A stretch of 64,000 nucleotides of DNA, from NCBI GenBank assembly GCA_964016885.1, contig OZ024740.1, positions 346,456,001 through 346,520,000 on the forward strand, written 5' to 3'. This stretch comes from Eledone cirrhosa. Lineage: Eukaryota. The notes beneath the pieces were generated by a model. It was given only the letters and a program-made list of their open reading frames with translations. It ran no database searches and was not told the origin of the DNA. Below, piece after piece: positions 42,072 to 55,389 of the stretch. The stretch's first letter is position 1. The number at the start of each line of letters is the position of its first letter. The position numbers and the translations under genes are program-made.

Positions 42072-42760
42072 TCATGTGTCATGCATAATGTGAATGGACC
42101 CATGGGCAAAAACATTGGCAAAAATGTGTGTCAATTTAAGATTTCCAACATTGTTCAAATGAATCATATCTGGTTTGAAGTCAGATTTGTCAAATTTTGA
42201 CCAATTTTCAATGTTGTGAAGATTGGGCAAGTTCAATTTTTGAATCATTTCTTTCATGCAGTAATTAAACTTTTCCAAACGAGAATTTCTCTTGCCCAAG
42301 TCATTTTTATTTTCAATTACACTTTGTGGACGTGGAATGACACCACTCTAGAAAATGGGTGTACAGTGGTGCTTTTCCGCTATTTTCTGTAGCCTTACAA
42401 AGAGACTCTTCCCCTGTTTTTCCGGTTTTGTGACTCGAATGGGCACTTTGTCCTTAATTTACAAATAAATGATTAATAAAAAATACTTGGGCAAAAATTA
42501 TTGTATTACTTTGTACAGCTTTGTACTGCCAACAGTGCGACGAGGATTCAGATCATTAGAGCCGACATGAACCACCAATACTTTCACAAAAGGACAACAG
42601 ATAACAATGTTGGCGATTAACATTACCTGGCCCTGACGGGCCCCAGGTATACAAAATATCTAAGTATTTTTGTTGGCATGATAAGTAAATACATTTGAAT
42701 TAATATTTTTATACCTTCTGGTCATTCGATTTCGCCACATTTCTAATTATGGATTTGTAA
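42072..42760 (-). pseudogene. Disrupted SGNH/GDSL esterase-like ORF (transposon ORF1-type)
   Basis: KSIIRNV (block I-like), IFCIPGAR (II), VLVVHVGSND (III), SGVIPRP, DFKPDMIHLNNVGNLKL (V, DxxH). Contains stops and frameshifts. Confidence 0.75.
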
Positions 42761-43465
42761 AAACTGGTATGAATGTGAATTTGATCAGTCCAATTGCCCG
42801 ATTTTAGTGAAAAGTTTTGATTCGAAATGGAAATACTCCATTTCCGTGCCATGGAAAAAATGAATAAGCCGATCAAAAAGCCGCGAAACATCATTTTTAA
42901 TTAAGCGAAATTAGTGGATGCAAATCTCAGAAAATATTGTACACTATTCGCACCTATCGCACTATTCGCACCTATCGGTACAAAAATATAGCGCACTATT
43001 CGCACCTATCGTTACAAAAAATCGCACGACTGTTAATAATACGAGAAGTGCAAACTATCTGTTGAATACCCGGTATATGAAGAGCAACCGATACGATCAG
43101 TCGGCGATCGCTCTTGAAGAAGAATGAAGAATAAAGTGAAATGTTGGTCTGGTTGTTGTCATCGGTGTTTCGCAGAGATGCCGGCACGAACAAAGGTGTC
43201 AGTGACACAAAGTTGTTCGCTTGAACAAAGGTGTCGGTCCGACAAAGGTGTCAGTCAGACAGACAGTCCGACAGTGTCACAGTCGGTGCGACAAAGCGAT
43301 CGATGCGATTAAAAAAAATTTAACTCACATGTTTACCTATATTTTCGCAAACTATTGATAGATTGGTACAAAAAATAGCAGTGATAATAAACATAAATTT
43401 TTAACGAAGTATTTAAAAAGCATTTTAGCAGTGAAAAGTGAATTAATGTTTCACACTGACGCAAG

Positions 43466-43596
43466 TAGGGCCGTTCAGAAATGACGTAGTCAATTAGGAG
43501 GAGGGGATTCGGCGATTTGACTACATTTGACTAACGTAATCACAATCACAAGAGTTCCGCCGAAAAAAATTCGTCATTTCTGGATTACCTCCCCTA
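43466..43596. mobile_element. Short MITE-like element with imperfect terminal inverted repeats
   Basis: tagggccgttcagaaatgacg ... cgtcatttctggattacctccccta. Confidence 0.5.
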
Positions 43597-43939
43597 GCGT
43601 CACGCCTACTACTCTCTTACTTGAACACAAGATTTATCAGCAAACTTTGATTATAAACTTTTTCCCGCTGGACCAAATTTCTAGATTTTTAAGCCAAAAG
43701 ATGCGTAATGATCTACTGTTCATGCTCATATAAGTTTTATCTCAGTTAAATAAAGTAGAGCCGCGCTGTACTGTCGTAAACAGACGATTGTCAACTAAAA
43801 CACGACCACAACAATATTACTAAACGGACTACCGTCCGTTTAGGATATAGTACTAGCTTGGTGTAAATATCCAAGGTTATCGTAGAGCACTCAGTCCGTA
43901 GGACGAGTTATGTATATTTAAACACATTAATATAACTAT

Positions 43940-44180
43940 TAAACAAATGTTCATACTTAATCAGTTGGATGATAGTATAATAATTATAGATTTGTTTAAC
44001 ATCTTCAAAGAATCCAATAATACTAAATTTACGCAGTTTGATTTGGTTGCCTTTTACCCTTCTATTACGCGGGCCTCACCTGTTAACGCTTTGGATTTAG
44101 CTAGCAATTTCATTAATAGTTACGATTCAGACAGGCTAGTAATATCTAACTTTAGAAAAGCCCTCTTCTGTAATATGTAT
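43940..44180 (+). mobile_element. Penelope-like RT fragment (motif A region)
   Basis: FTQFDLVAFYPSIT...NALDLA...DRLVISNFRKALF resembles the PLE pattern FDI..FYPSI..AL.FA..I..RKSLLF. Confidence 0.65.
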
Positions 44181-44979
44181 ACATGTTTAACTTTACCTCT
44201 TGTCAGTTTTGCAGTTTAATCAGTGGCACTCTTGGCTCATTTCGCCTTAATTTCTTCAATACATATTTACTGTTATATTTCCTCTTGTATAACTTGATTC
44301 TACCTCACGGTTTCATCGTGGCTCATACCGGGTCTCGATTATATCTTCGGGTGTCACCACAGTTTGACTTTTGTTGATCTCTTTGTGTATAACTGTCCTT
44401 TTCAATACATATTGTTCCACTTAAATATGGAATTTATAATTATCCATGTACTTTGCCCCACTCATGAGCTTTTAAGTAATATCTGCGTAGTTCTCATGTT
44501 CATGTTTGCGATCGGTACTATATTTTTCTTTACTTCTTTGTCTTTTAATATACTGCTGGGCAGTGGCTTATTTTCTGATTAGAAACTGTACTGTGACCCC
44601 TTTTGGAATTGCAGCACACCGAGTAGAGATCGAAACTGTAGAACACCTTTTCGAAAGTCGTTGTCCAATATGATGTTTTTTTGTTTTTTTTAAACATTTT
44701 TTACCGTCTATATAACATCTTGTCCCCTATTTGTCCATCCTTGTGCCTGATTTAATTGCGTCTTTTGCCAATTTTCATATATATATAACACTGACATGTA
44801 TATATATATAATGAATAAAAACAAAGAATATGTTCCTTATATTAAAAAATTCATCATGTTACGATCATTTCTAGGATAATATGTGTGTTGGTATGTATAT
44901 CATATAGATCTATGTAAAAATGTTACAAAATATCAGAGGAAATATACATACCTTCACATGTATATGCTGTCTTCAGAAA

Positions 44980-45076
44980 TAATTGTTTCTACTTTAGGCA
45001 CAAGGCCAGCAATTAACCAGTGCATTACTGGTACTTTATTTCATCGACCCCGTAAGGATGAAAGGCAAAGTCAACC
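44980..45076 (-). mobile_element. SINE family A, 5'-truncated, with 13-bp TSD cttcagaaataat
   Basis: TSD at 44971-44983 and 45076-45088. Confidence 0.9.
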
Positions 45077-45349
45077 TTCAGAAATAATGATATTTGTTTA
45101 TTGAAAAAAAACGAAAAAGATTTAATATAATAGGTCGGTTTGGGAACACGTTTTGAATTGACCAATAGAAAAGTAGTAGAAATTTAATTTAGGGGTAGAG
45201 GAATGCAGACTTATGTTTTGAATGGAAAGAATACTTTGGATGAAAAGAATACCTTGGGGATGAAAAGCGGTCAAGCCGGTGAAAGGTACACGAACATTTG
45301 ATGTTATTAAAGAATAATGCTAATGTTTAAACCGAGGGAGAATAAACTC

Positions 45350-45640
45350 TTAGGGTAAAGGTGTTAGTGAGAAATACCAATCTTATTTAAAACACAAGGA
45401 ATTTAGATCTATAACAACAAATTAAATTAATTGATAGGTATACTTATAGGGATACATTTATATTAATTCATATGGATGTGATAATTAAGAATTAGATGTT
45501 ATTAAAAATGTTGTTAAAAACGAAGGAAAATAACATTTTGGGATAAATGTATTAGTGAGAAATACCAATCTTATATAGACTACAAGGAATCTAGATTCAT
45601 AACTGGAAATTAAAATAGTTTAAATGTATACTTTTAGGTA
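45350..45640. repeat. Diverged ~190-bp-period tandem duplication
   Basis: ttagtgagaaataccaatcttat..acaaggaat.tagat at ~45364 and ~45552. Confidence 0.75.
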
Positions 45641-46049
45641 TTAATTTTAGGGAAAGAGAACTGTCACAGGGATATAAAATTATGAAGTTCTATGTAGTAA
45701 AGTACTAATTATAGGTTAACTAAATTAAAAAAACTAATTATAATAATAAGTAAAATATAAGTGTAAAGTGTATATTAATTATGTTTATAATATTTGAAAT
45801 TTTTTCTAATTCTGTGATTGCAAGATATAATTAATTCTTGTCGTTTATTTAATAGGAAATCCTTAGATTTCATTATTTCAAAAAGTTCCTGGGATCATAA
45901 TCTACACTCATATCTATTATTTTGATAAGGGGTGGCCTTTCCTGTGATTTTTATCGAAAAATCTTTGAATGCATCTTCTCTTTTCATGATATTTGCATTA
46001 CATTGAGTTCTTCATACAGATTGGACACTACCGTACATTTTGGTAGATT

Positions 46050-46240
<191 letters not shown>

Positions 46241-47633
46241 ATGAACCATACACATGTGTGTATTTATATTCATATATATGCATACATACAATGCATATAT
46301 GTGTTGGGGGTAGGTGGGCGTGAAGCATTTAATGCATAATTTCTTGATAGTTACATTTATTTCTCAGTCAATTCACCATACCCACACTAGAAGGTCAATA
46401 AGTTTCTAATTTGCTTTTTCGTTGTTCTCTGCTCTTACGAATATTTTTCGAAATATACATTATAAATATGACTTAGATTAGACGTCAAAATCTGTGGAAG
46501 ATAGATCCATCCGTACCAACTATGGAAACATTATTCCTCCTAATAATAATATAATAACAAACAACTAATACAAGATTTCAAGGAAGAAAAACTATATCAA
46601 AGAAAAGGAAGGAAAATTGCAAGACACAAAATAAAACTAATAAAGAAAAAAAGTGTTTAATTGAGGTCATGTAAGTTCACATTTCTCTACCTGACCGGGC
46701 ATCGATCGATTTAATTTGGTTTTCGATGTTTGCTATTTAACAACGTCATTTCTGGAATGTGGATAATAAATTTCCGTTGCAAACTAAGAAATTAACAATA
46801 AGATTCAAGATTTATCGCGTTTTATCGATTTGAAGACGCCTTTTTTGCCGGAAAACTTGCGCCATGGAATGATGCTTGTTTTCTGAGAAAATTACAAAAA
46901 TCTTCATATAGCAAGCTGAAGCCTATTTATCAGATTATGATTGCTTTTTTTTAATTGAGGTTTTTTATTTGTATCACAGGAAAAGTACGAATAGAAATTA
47001 TATAATACCAATAGTACCATCGAAAATAAGCTTGTTAAGTACGATCTTATCTATATAGATAATCACATCAATTCGAATCTGATCGTCGCCGCTTTGCCGT
47101 GTGTCAGGTAAAATGCATGTAACCCTAAATAACAGTTATTTTAGTTGTAATTAATTTCCATATTGTGGCTCTTATGACATCTGAAATAATTGATGGCTTA
47201 GTATTATTAACAAATATTTCGTTCAAATTCAGTTCAGTAGTTATTTAACCACATGTTTCTCAACTTATCATCCAGGTTTTAATACCTAACATAACAAGTA
47301 TTTTCATTGGAATCGCAAACTATTCATTGACTATACGCTTCTAACATTACTTAGACGTATTAAATTAGAACAAAGACGTGTTTTATGGGTCTTGTCAACG
47401 CTGGATGATTGCAGAATGAGGACTCAACCAAAGTCTCAATGATTTAACAGTTCAGGTCACTGGATCTGCCGAATTCTAAGAGCGGTTGCCGTTTTGCCAC
47501 GCGGTATCACTTTCAGACCTTTGCAAAGATGAAAATTGATTGCTGGTCTTCCTAAATATAGCAGGTGTGCAACTCGAGAAAACCTTTTCACCTACATCTC
47601 CATCGTCGCATAAGACATTCAATTGTCCCATAT

Positions 47634-47673
<40 letters not shown>

Positions 47674-47759
47674 CGGAGGAGTTGTGGTAAGGAACGAGAA
47701 GATCCAGAAATAGTCGTCGATACGGCTTGAGCTCTGCGGTCGGGGTCATACTTACTCCC

Positions 47760-47801
<42 letters not shown>

Positions 47802-47809
47802 ATAAGTTA

Positions 47810-48175
47810 AGAGACGTGGCTTAGTAGTTCTCATGTTGGACTTGCTACAGTAATGTTGTGGGTTGCATTCTTAAATCAGTTGTCACATTACGTTCTAGAA
47901 AAAAGTACTTCATTTCCCGTGTTTCCACTTCACTCATTTGAAAAAGATTATGTAGAGTAACAGCGGGTTAAATCTACTATAATCTGGTGTCATTTCCAAG
48001 TCCGAATCTTGTACTTTCAGTACGCCATGCTTTGCAGCTTAGAATTACGGCCCTTTACGGTCTGAGTTTAAATTACGCCGAAGTTAAATTTGCCTTTCCT
48101 CCTTACGGGGTCGATAAAGTAAAGTATCTGTTAGACATTGGGATAATTGCTGGCCTTATGCCAAAGTAAACAATT
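47810..48175 (+). mobile_element. Degenerate SINE B (47810-47940) followed by SINE A (48022-48175)
   Basis: cgtggcttagtagtt head; tgcctttcctccttacggggtcgataaag central domain. Confidence 0.65.
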
Positions 48176-48419
48176 AGTAACTCCGAGTTTCGTTATAGCC
48201 TATGAAATTACTTGTAACGCGTTAAATTGAATCCATTTTTTCATTGACTACAATTCAATGGAATAAAGTTAGTTAGTTTAGTTACACTAAAGCGTACTAT
48301 CTAACTGTAAAATAGAATATATTTGTTGCAAAACACTCACACGTAATATGGACAAGGCTGTAAATATCAGTGTTATACTAAAATATAAAATAATATCTAT
48401 GTATACATCTATCTACTAA

Positions 48420-48426
48420 CTCTCTC

Positions 48427-48505
<79 letters not shown>

Positions 48506-48514
48506 ATCTCTCTA

Positions 48515-48605
<91 letters not shown>
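48420..48605. repeat. (CT)n
   Basis: Seen directly. Confidence 0.98.
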
Positions 48606-48608
<3 letters not shown>

Positions 48609-48700
48609 ATATGTGTGCCTGTTTCTATCTATCTACCTCTATATATATATATTATTATTACTAATATATATATATATATATAAATATATATATATATATT

Positions 48701-49690
48701 TCGTTTCTGAATTTGTTTAGCAAGATTCTTTATCTGAAAACGTGTGTTGAAACCGATATTGTTATAATTTGGGAGGGTCATGTTGCCAATAAGAAAAACA
48801 CGCACTACTTGTTTTCACTTATATTTATTATAATACATTTATAAATTTAGGAATTTATAAATTTCCGGTTGGTTGGTTGGTTCCACAACCAGATGGTTGT
48901 TTATATATTGTCAAAGTTCTTTCGTCACACATTCTGTGACCTCTGCAGTGACGGGATAATTTTCTTTATTTTTGTGCCTCTCCTTTGTTCTGTCCTACGC
49001 CATTTTGTTTCTGTGTGTGTGTTGTGTGCTCAGTCTGCGCATGCGCCACATCCGGGTGTCTGTGTGTGTTTATATTCGTTTATTTATTTGTTTATTTACA
49101 TGTTACAGGTTGGTTGTTTGTTCTATGTGCGTGTGTGTGTTTTCATTTAGTCCTTAATTGTAAGTTGTGATGTTGCTGTTCCACTCATGTTTTATATTTA
49201 ATTTTGGTTGTAATTCTTTTATGTTTATTGCTTCTGTGATTTGTCTAAACATTGCGTCTTTTCTGTGTGTAGATTCTATTTTTATTTCTATGTTCTCTAA
49301 TTTACCCTTATGTTCTATTTTAGCATGTTGGTAGAGTACAGATGATTCTTTACTACCTGAAGGTCTCGCCAGTGTTCATTTATCCGTTCCCCTACACTAC
49401 GAGCTGTCTCACCTATGTACACTATATTTTTGTCTCTACATTGTCCTTCAGTACATCTTATGCTATATACTACATTTCTAGTTTTACAGTTAATATGGGG
49501 ACTTAATTTACAGGTTATATATTTCTTATCTATACAGGGGGGTCTTTGTAAAGGGTATGTCTTGCTAATAAGTGTTTTTACGGAGGTACCTGGTCACCGT
49601 AAAAACACTTATTAGCAAGACATACCCTTTTCAAAGACCCCCCTGTATAGATAAGAAATGCATAACCTGTAAATTAAGCCCCAAATTAAG
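48701..49690 (-). mobile_element. Penelope-like family P2, copy D (longest): Cys-rich linker plus GIY-YIG plus pseudo-LTR; hammerhead at 48910-48952 with A6C change; 88-bp fold-back at the 5' end
   Basis: PCIDKK(Y/C)ITC..NCKTRNVVYSIRCTEGQC..VYIGETARS. Hammerhead core reads CTGCAGA. Inverted arms at 49496-49583 and 49597-49683. Confidence 0.92.
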
Positions 49691-50516
49691 CCCCCATATG
49701 GCCCCCTAGTTGATGAAAATGGTACACTCCAGGACAATGCCAAGTGAACAGACGTGTTTCTATTGCTCTCTACCAAGTCAGTAGCCAGCTACACAGCTTT
49801 AAAGCCTATTTGACAGAACATATATATTTATATATATTTGTAACCACGTGCTTTTCATACCAACTCGTAAGTACGTTTTCTTAACTACAGATTATTATAT
49901 ACACTCGTTTTTCTCTTAATATCTTCAAACAACCAATTAACCCAAAACTTTTAACAACCTTAAACAACCAAATAACCAAATCTCACATCCATAAAAGAGA
50001 ATAGATATCTATGTATACGCTATTTTAATATCTTCACATAACCAAAGGCTCACACACATAAGGAAAAAAGTATATACAAATACATGGGCTTTCCCTACAA
50101 ACTCGCAAATCTTCTTAACTAGAAATTATTATATACACTCGTTTTTCCTTGGATATCTTCAAACAACCAAATAACCAAAAACTATTAACATCCTCATACA
50201 ACCAAACTCACATCCATAAGAGAGAATATATATATATATATACCCGATTCTTTAATTATTCAAATAATATTATATACACCCGTTTTCCTTTTCAAATAAT
50301 ATTATATACACTCGTTTTTCCTTAGATATCTTCAAACAACCAAATAACCTAAAACTATTAACATCCTCAATCAACCAAACTCACATCCATAAGAGAGAAT
50401 ATATATATATACACGATTCTTTAATTTCTTCAAATAACCAAAGTTTCACTCACATATCAAATATCAAATATGTTAAAACGCATAACAGGTTAAACAAAAC
50501 AAATATATATATATAT

Positions 50517-51760
50517 ATGACTACTGACAAGCAAGCCCACAACGGACGAAATTGGTCTGAAAATGAAATTGATCTCTTAATAAACACATGGTTTTCTCTG
50601 TCCCAATCAATAAACATTAACGCGTCATGTAAAATGAAATTGCTGAAAAAACAGCTCAAATATTTACCACGAGGTCTACTAAGCAGATACACAACAAACT
50701 AAAACATGTAGAAGTCTCTTTCAAACTAATTCAAAACCATTTTGAAAAACTTCGACATATTTACACCAATGGACAAACACAAAAACAGCAACAACAACAA
50801 CAGCCACAACAAATACAACAACAGCCAGAAAACCAGGAGCGACCACTACAGAATTCAAGCATAATAGTTGAATTACTGAATGACTGTATCCCTCAGCCAC
50901 TCACTCAGTCATCATTATCGCCATCACCATCACCACCGTCTCATCTTCTGCCACATCTACACCTTCTGCCACATCAACTGCTAGTAATGAACCACTGCTC
51001 TCTCTCCCACTACAGTTGTTATCATCATCATCACCACTAATGCTTTCTTCCCCCACATCACCACCATAGCCATGCCATAGTCAAAAGAACTTTAAAATAA
51101 AAACAATCTATGGAGCTGTATGCACCTCCCACTAAACAAACTAGAAACCACACAATATGCCGCTACTCACCACGTCAGAGGCTATGCACACGTAGCGACT
51201 GTATATTTACCCATTTACCGGGTACTAGACGCACTAACCCTGCCAGCCAACACCAAAGCACGCTGCCCGCACGTATAGGTCGCAGTCCCAAAATCTGCCA
51301 ACATTCCCAACATGAGAGGCTATGTCTGATGACTGACTGTCCCTTCACTCATCTTCCTGGGGCACAACGCACGAACAGAAAAGGGGCTCCATGCCAACCC
51401 ACAAACCACAATAAAGCCACCCCTGCTGCACTAATGCTGTTCCAGTCTCCTCACAAAGACATGATTACAACAACAAAAACAACAAAAGTAATGCTGCTCC
51501 AGTCTTTTCACAAAGACACGATTACAACAACAAATACAACATCAACAAAAATAACGCTGGTCCAGTCTTTTCACAAAGACACAATTACAACAAATACAAC
51601 AACAACAACAACAAAAGAGGGAACTGCAACCCTATCCAATGTTGTAACCACAGATCCAATGAAAAACTGCTCCCTTAACAAAAAAAATATCTTTCTTTTT
51701 TAGCCACGAACTTGGCAAAAGAGATAGAGAAAAACATTTTAGCCATCACGCAACACCGAC
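50517..51760 (+). pseudogene. LINE ORF1 remnant: Myb/SANT-like N-terminus, poly-Q and Ser/Pro region, two CCCH-type zinc fingers
   Basis: RNWSENEIDLLINTW; CRYSPRQRLCTRSDCIFTH and CQHSQHERLCLMTDCPFTH (C-x8-C-x4-C-x3-H). Contains stops and frameshifts. Confidence 0.7.
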
Positions 51761-51829
51761 CTTGCTGTCACTAACACCCAATCACAAAACAAGCCCCCTG
51801 CAACAGTCAAAACCAGCCACCACACTAGC

Positions 51830-54158
51830 CTCCACATTCTTACTCAATACACAAGGTATCAGCCCATCCATCAATGCACAGAAATGGAAGATCCAATTCA
51901 TTGAGGATTGGGTTGGTAACCATCCATTTCACATCCCCTTCTTCATTCTTACTGAGACCTACCTTGACAACTCCCACTTGGAGGGCGAAGTAAGAGTGAG
52001 AAATGTCACAACCATCCGTACGTATCGTGTTGGCAGAAGGAAGAGTGGAACTGCCATGTTCCTGCATGATTCCTTTGCGGCAGATGGCAACACAACATTC
52101 TCTAATGGATACTGTGAATCAGTCACTGTGCACAATAAAGCCAATGACCTGACATTAGTTGGGCTCTATAGGCCACCACAAACACCCATAATCTGCTTCA
52201 AAGAGTGCCCCAACAGTATTAAATGCTTTATAATCAATGCCACTCTAGCAACATACTTTTGATGGGAGACTTTAATCTACCCCGTGTTGATTGGTCTACA
52301 TGTAGTTTGAAACCAGGCTCCACAGTCTCAACCACTGACGAAGAAGCTGTGGAATCACTTCTTGACTTCATGAATGAGTTTTTCTTGTCCCAAATTGTCC
52401 TTGCACCAACGAGGCATCAGAAGAACATTCTGGATCTAGTGTTTAGTAACCACACTAACACTATACATAATATTACTGTGGAAAAACCCTTCTCTCAGAC
52501 CATGACATGGTTCTTTCTAACCTGAGATTCCACCAGCCGAAAGCTAATCCCAGGGTCCTCTCTCCAACCCAACCATTTGATAACATAGATATCTACAATG
52601 CCAACTGGGATGCAATTATGAACGAACTATCACATGTCGACTGGTCTTTTACACACGCACACACTTCCACCAACATCAAAACATCTTGGCAGATCTTTGT
52701 AGACACTGTCACAAATATATGTACATAACACATCCCACCAAAACCTGTGAACAAAACCAAGTGCAGTATCCCCTAAAACAGAAAGGCAATTATCAGAAAA
52801 ATAAAAAGTGCAAGCAAAAAAATTAACACACTAAAATACTGCCAACAGCAACACACACGCATTCAATGGCTATCACCCTGCTTGAGTAAAAAAAAATATA
52901 TCCTCCAGCAATGCATGATGACCATCATCAATAACCAGAGAATAGCTGAAGAGAGGTAGGCCATTGAGAAAATCAACCTCAAAGTGCTCTTTTCATTTGC
53001 TAAAAAACACAAGGTCACCGTTTCCACTGTTGGCCCCATAGTTGATGAAAATGGCACACTCCAGGACAATGCCAAAACCATGGGCGAGATACTGCTGAAA
53101 CAATACTGCTCTGTTTTCAGCAATCCTGATATGGCCGATCTGGGCCGTGCCAGGGATGTTAATCCCCAACACACTATATCAGACATAACGTTTTTTCGCC
53201 CCTGATGTCATAGCGGCATTAAACGAAATTAAACACAATTCAGCAGTTGGCCCTGAGAGGTTCTCTGCTTATGCCCTGAAGGTGTGTCGACACCAACTTG
53301 CATATCATGTTGCTAATCTGTGGAGGAACTCACTGGACACTGGCTATATTCCTGACAACTTTCTGTCCCAATCCGTTGTCCCATTCTTCAAAAAGGGAAA
53401 TAAGTCGCTTGCCGTGAACTACCGTCCGATCTCACTCACCTTTCATATTATCAAGGTATTTGAGAGGGTGGTGAGATCACGAATAACCCACTTTCTTGAA
53501 AGCAACGGCCTGCTGAACTCCAACCAACATGGGTTCCGTAATGGAAGGGACTGCCTAACGCAGAATGTGTTCCTGGATTCTTAGAACTTTCTAGTCGAGA
53601 GATATCCACACTGTTATCCTTCTCTTCTCCAATTTTGCCCGACCCCACCTTGAATAATGTTGTCCACTGTGGTCACCCCACACGAAACAAAGTATCATGA
53701 AAGTTGAAGTACCCCAAGGGTCAATTATAAAAACGCTAGATGGCATGACAGGCCTTGACTATTGGAGTCGATTAGAAAAGCTTAAACTTTATTCTCTCCA
53801 ACGTCGCCATGAGCGCTACATTATCTGTATGATGTGGAAAATATTGCATCAGTTTTGCCCAAATGATTTTGGCATCACCTTTAGTGTACACTCAAGGCTT
53901 GGGCCCCGTGCATTCCGCCCATGACAAAAATTTCACTCGCATCACATAACAACAATACGTCACAATTATTTCACCTCAATTGGCCCTGCACTCTCTAACA
54001 TTACACCAAGTCACATCAAAGCTGAGACAGACCCCATCAAGTTCAAGAAGTCTTTGGATAAATACCTTCAAGAAATATCGGATCAGCCTCCTACACCCGG
54101 ATATGCCTCCGTAAACAATAACGCTCTGCTCGAGTGGGCCATGGTGCCCAAAAACTGA
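51830..54158 (+). pseudogene. LINE ORF2 remnant (APE endonuclease plus RT with the catalytic core deleted)
   Basis: LLNTQGI; ILTETYL; KSGTAMFL; LYRPP; LMGDFNLP; PTR..NILDLVF; NYRPISLT; QHGFR. Deletion junction at 53559-53562. Confidence 0.9.
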
Positions 54159-54240
54159 TTTTAAGACTTCGCCAGGTGGTGCTATTAAGGTAGACATGGC
54201 CTGGGCCAATACAGGCCAAAATCTATCCAAGTTATCAAAG

Positions 54241-54282
<42 letters not shown>

Positions 54283-54284
54283 AC

Positions 54285-54368
<84 letters not shown>

Positions 54369-54370
<2 letters not shown>

Positions 54371-54742
54371 TAATAAAAACAATGAATAAAAACAAAGAAA
54401 CAGTTCTTATATTAATAAATTCATCATTTTACGATCGTTTCTAGGATATATATGTATGTGTTGGTATGTATATCATATAGATCTATGAAAAAATTTTACA
54501 AACTATCAGAGGGAATATACATACCTACACATATATATGCTGTCTTCAGAAATAATAATTATTTCAGAAGACAGCATATATATGTCTAGGTATGTATATT
54601 CCCTCTAATAGTTTGTAAAATGTTTACATAGATCTATATGATATATATACCAACACACACATATATATCCTAGAAACGATCGTAAAATGATGAATATTAA
54701 TAAGGAACTGTTTATTTGTTTTTATTCATTGTTTTTATTAAT
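54369..54742. repeat. Long near-perfect palindrome, ~185-bp arms, 1-nt spacer
   Basis: 54369-54556 is the reverse complement of 54558-54742. The arm is paralogous to 44810-44983. Confidence 0.95.
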
Positions 54743-54861
54743 TTATCTTGACTCATTTATCGTGATTTTCATCGAAAAAATGTTTGAATACATCTTCTCT
54801 TTTCATTACATTGAGTTCTTCATACGAATTGGACACTACCGTATATTTTGGTAGATTTATC

Positions 54862-54905
<44 letters not shown>

Positions 54906-54972
54906 TTTTATTATGTATTATTTTATCATATATCCATTATACATATATATATGGATGTATGAATATAAATGC

Positions 54973-55015
<43 letters not shown>

Positions 55016-55099
55016 TGTATACTATATTGTTGTTTTATTTTTATTGTTATTTTATTGTATATTGTATTTTTTTAAATTAAATTATATATTGTATATTTA

Positions 55100-55350
55100 T
55101 TTTTTACTGTTTTGTTTATATATGTATATGTGGAATGGAAGCATGTGTGTGTAAGCAAATATGCATATGTGCATGCATGTGCATGTGGCCGTCCGTGTGC
55201 GTATGTATATATATGTACATGTATATATGTGTGTATGTATATATATATGTATATATGTGGGTGTGCATATGCATGTATAGTTTTATATATACGTGTGTGT
55301 ATGTATGTGTGTATATAATTATGTGTACGTACGTGTATTTTGAGTGTAGT

Positions 55351-55389
<39 letters not shown>

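Larger units (their letters stand above)
49744..54243 (+). mobile_element. Near full-length CR1/L2-group LINE (same family as 30003-32460), decayed and internally deleted
   Basis: 5' gtgaacagacgtg, repeated 5' UTR, ORF1, ORF2, a closely similar 3' UTR (gacttcgccaggtggtgctattaag) and a caaagtta tail. Confidence 0.92.

Noticed and set aside
46690-47115. CpG-richer stretch with TATCGAT motifs and a cag|gtaaaa donor (possible promoter or first exon)
   Set aside because: The motifs are too short to support a call without transcript data.
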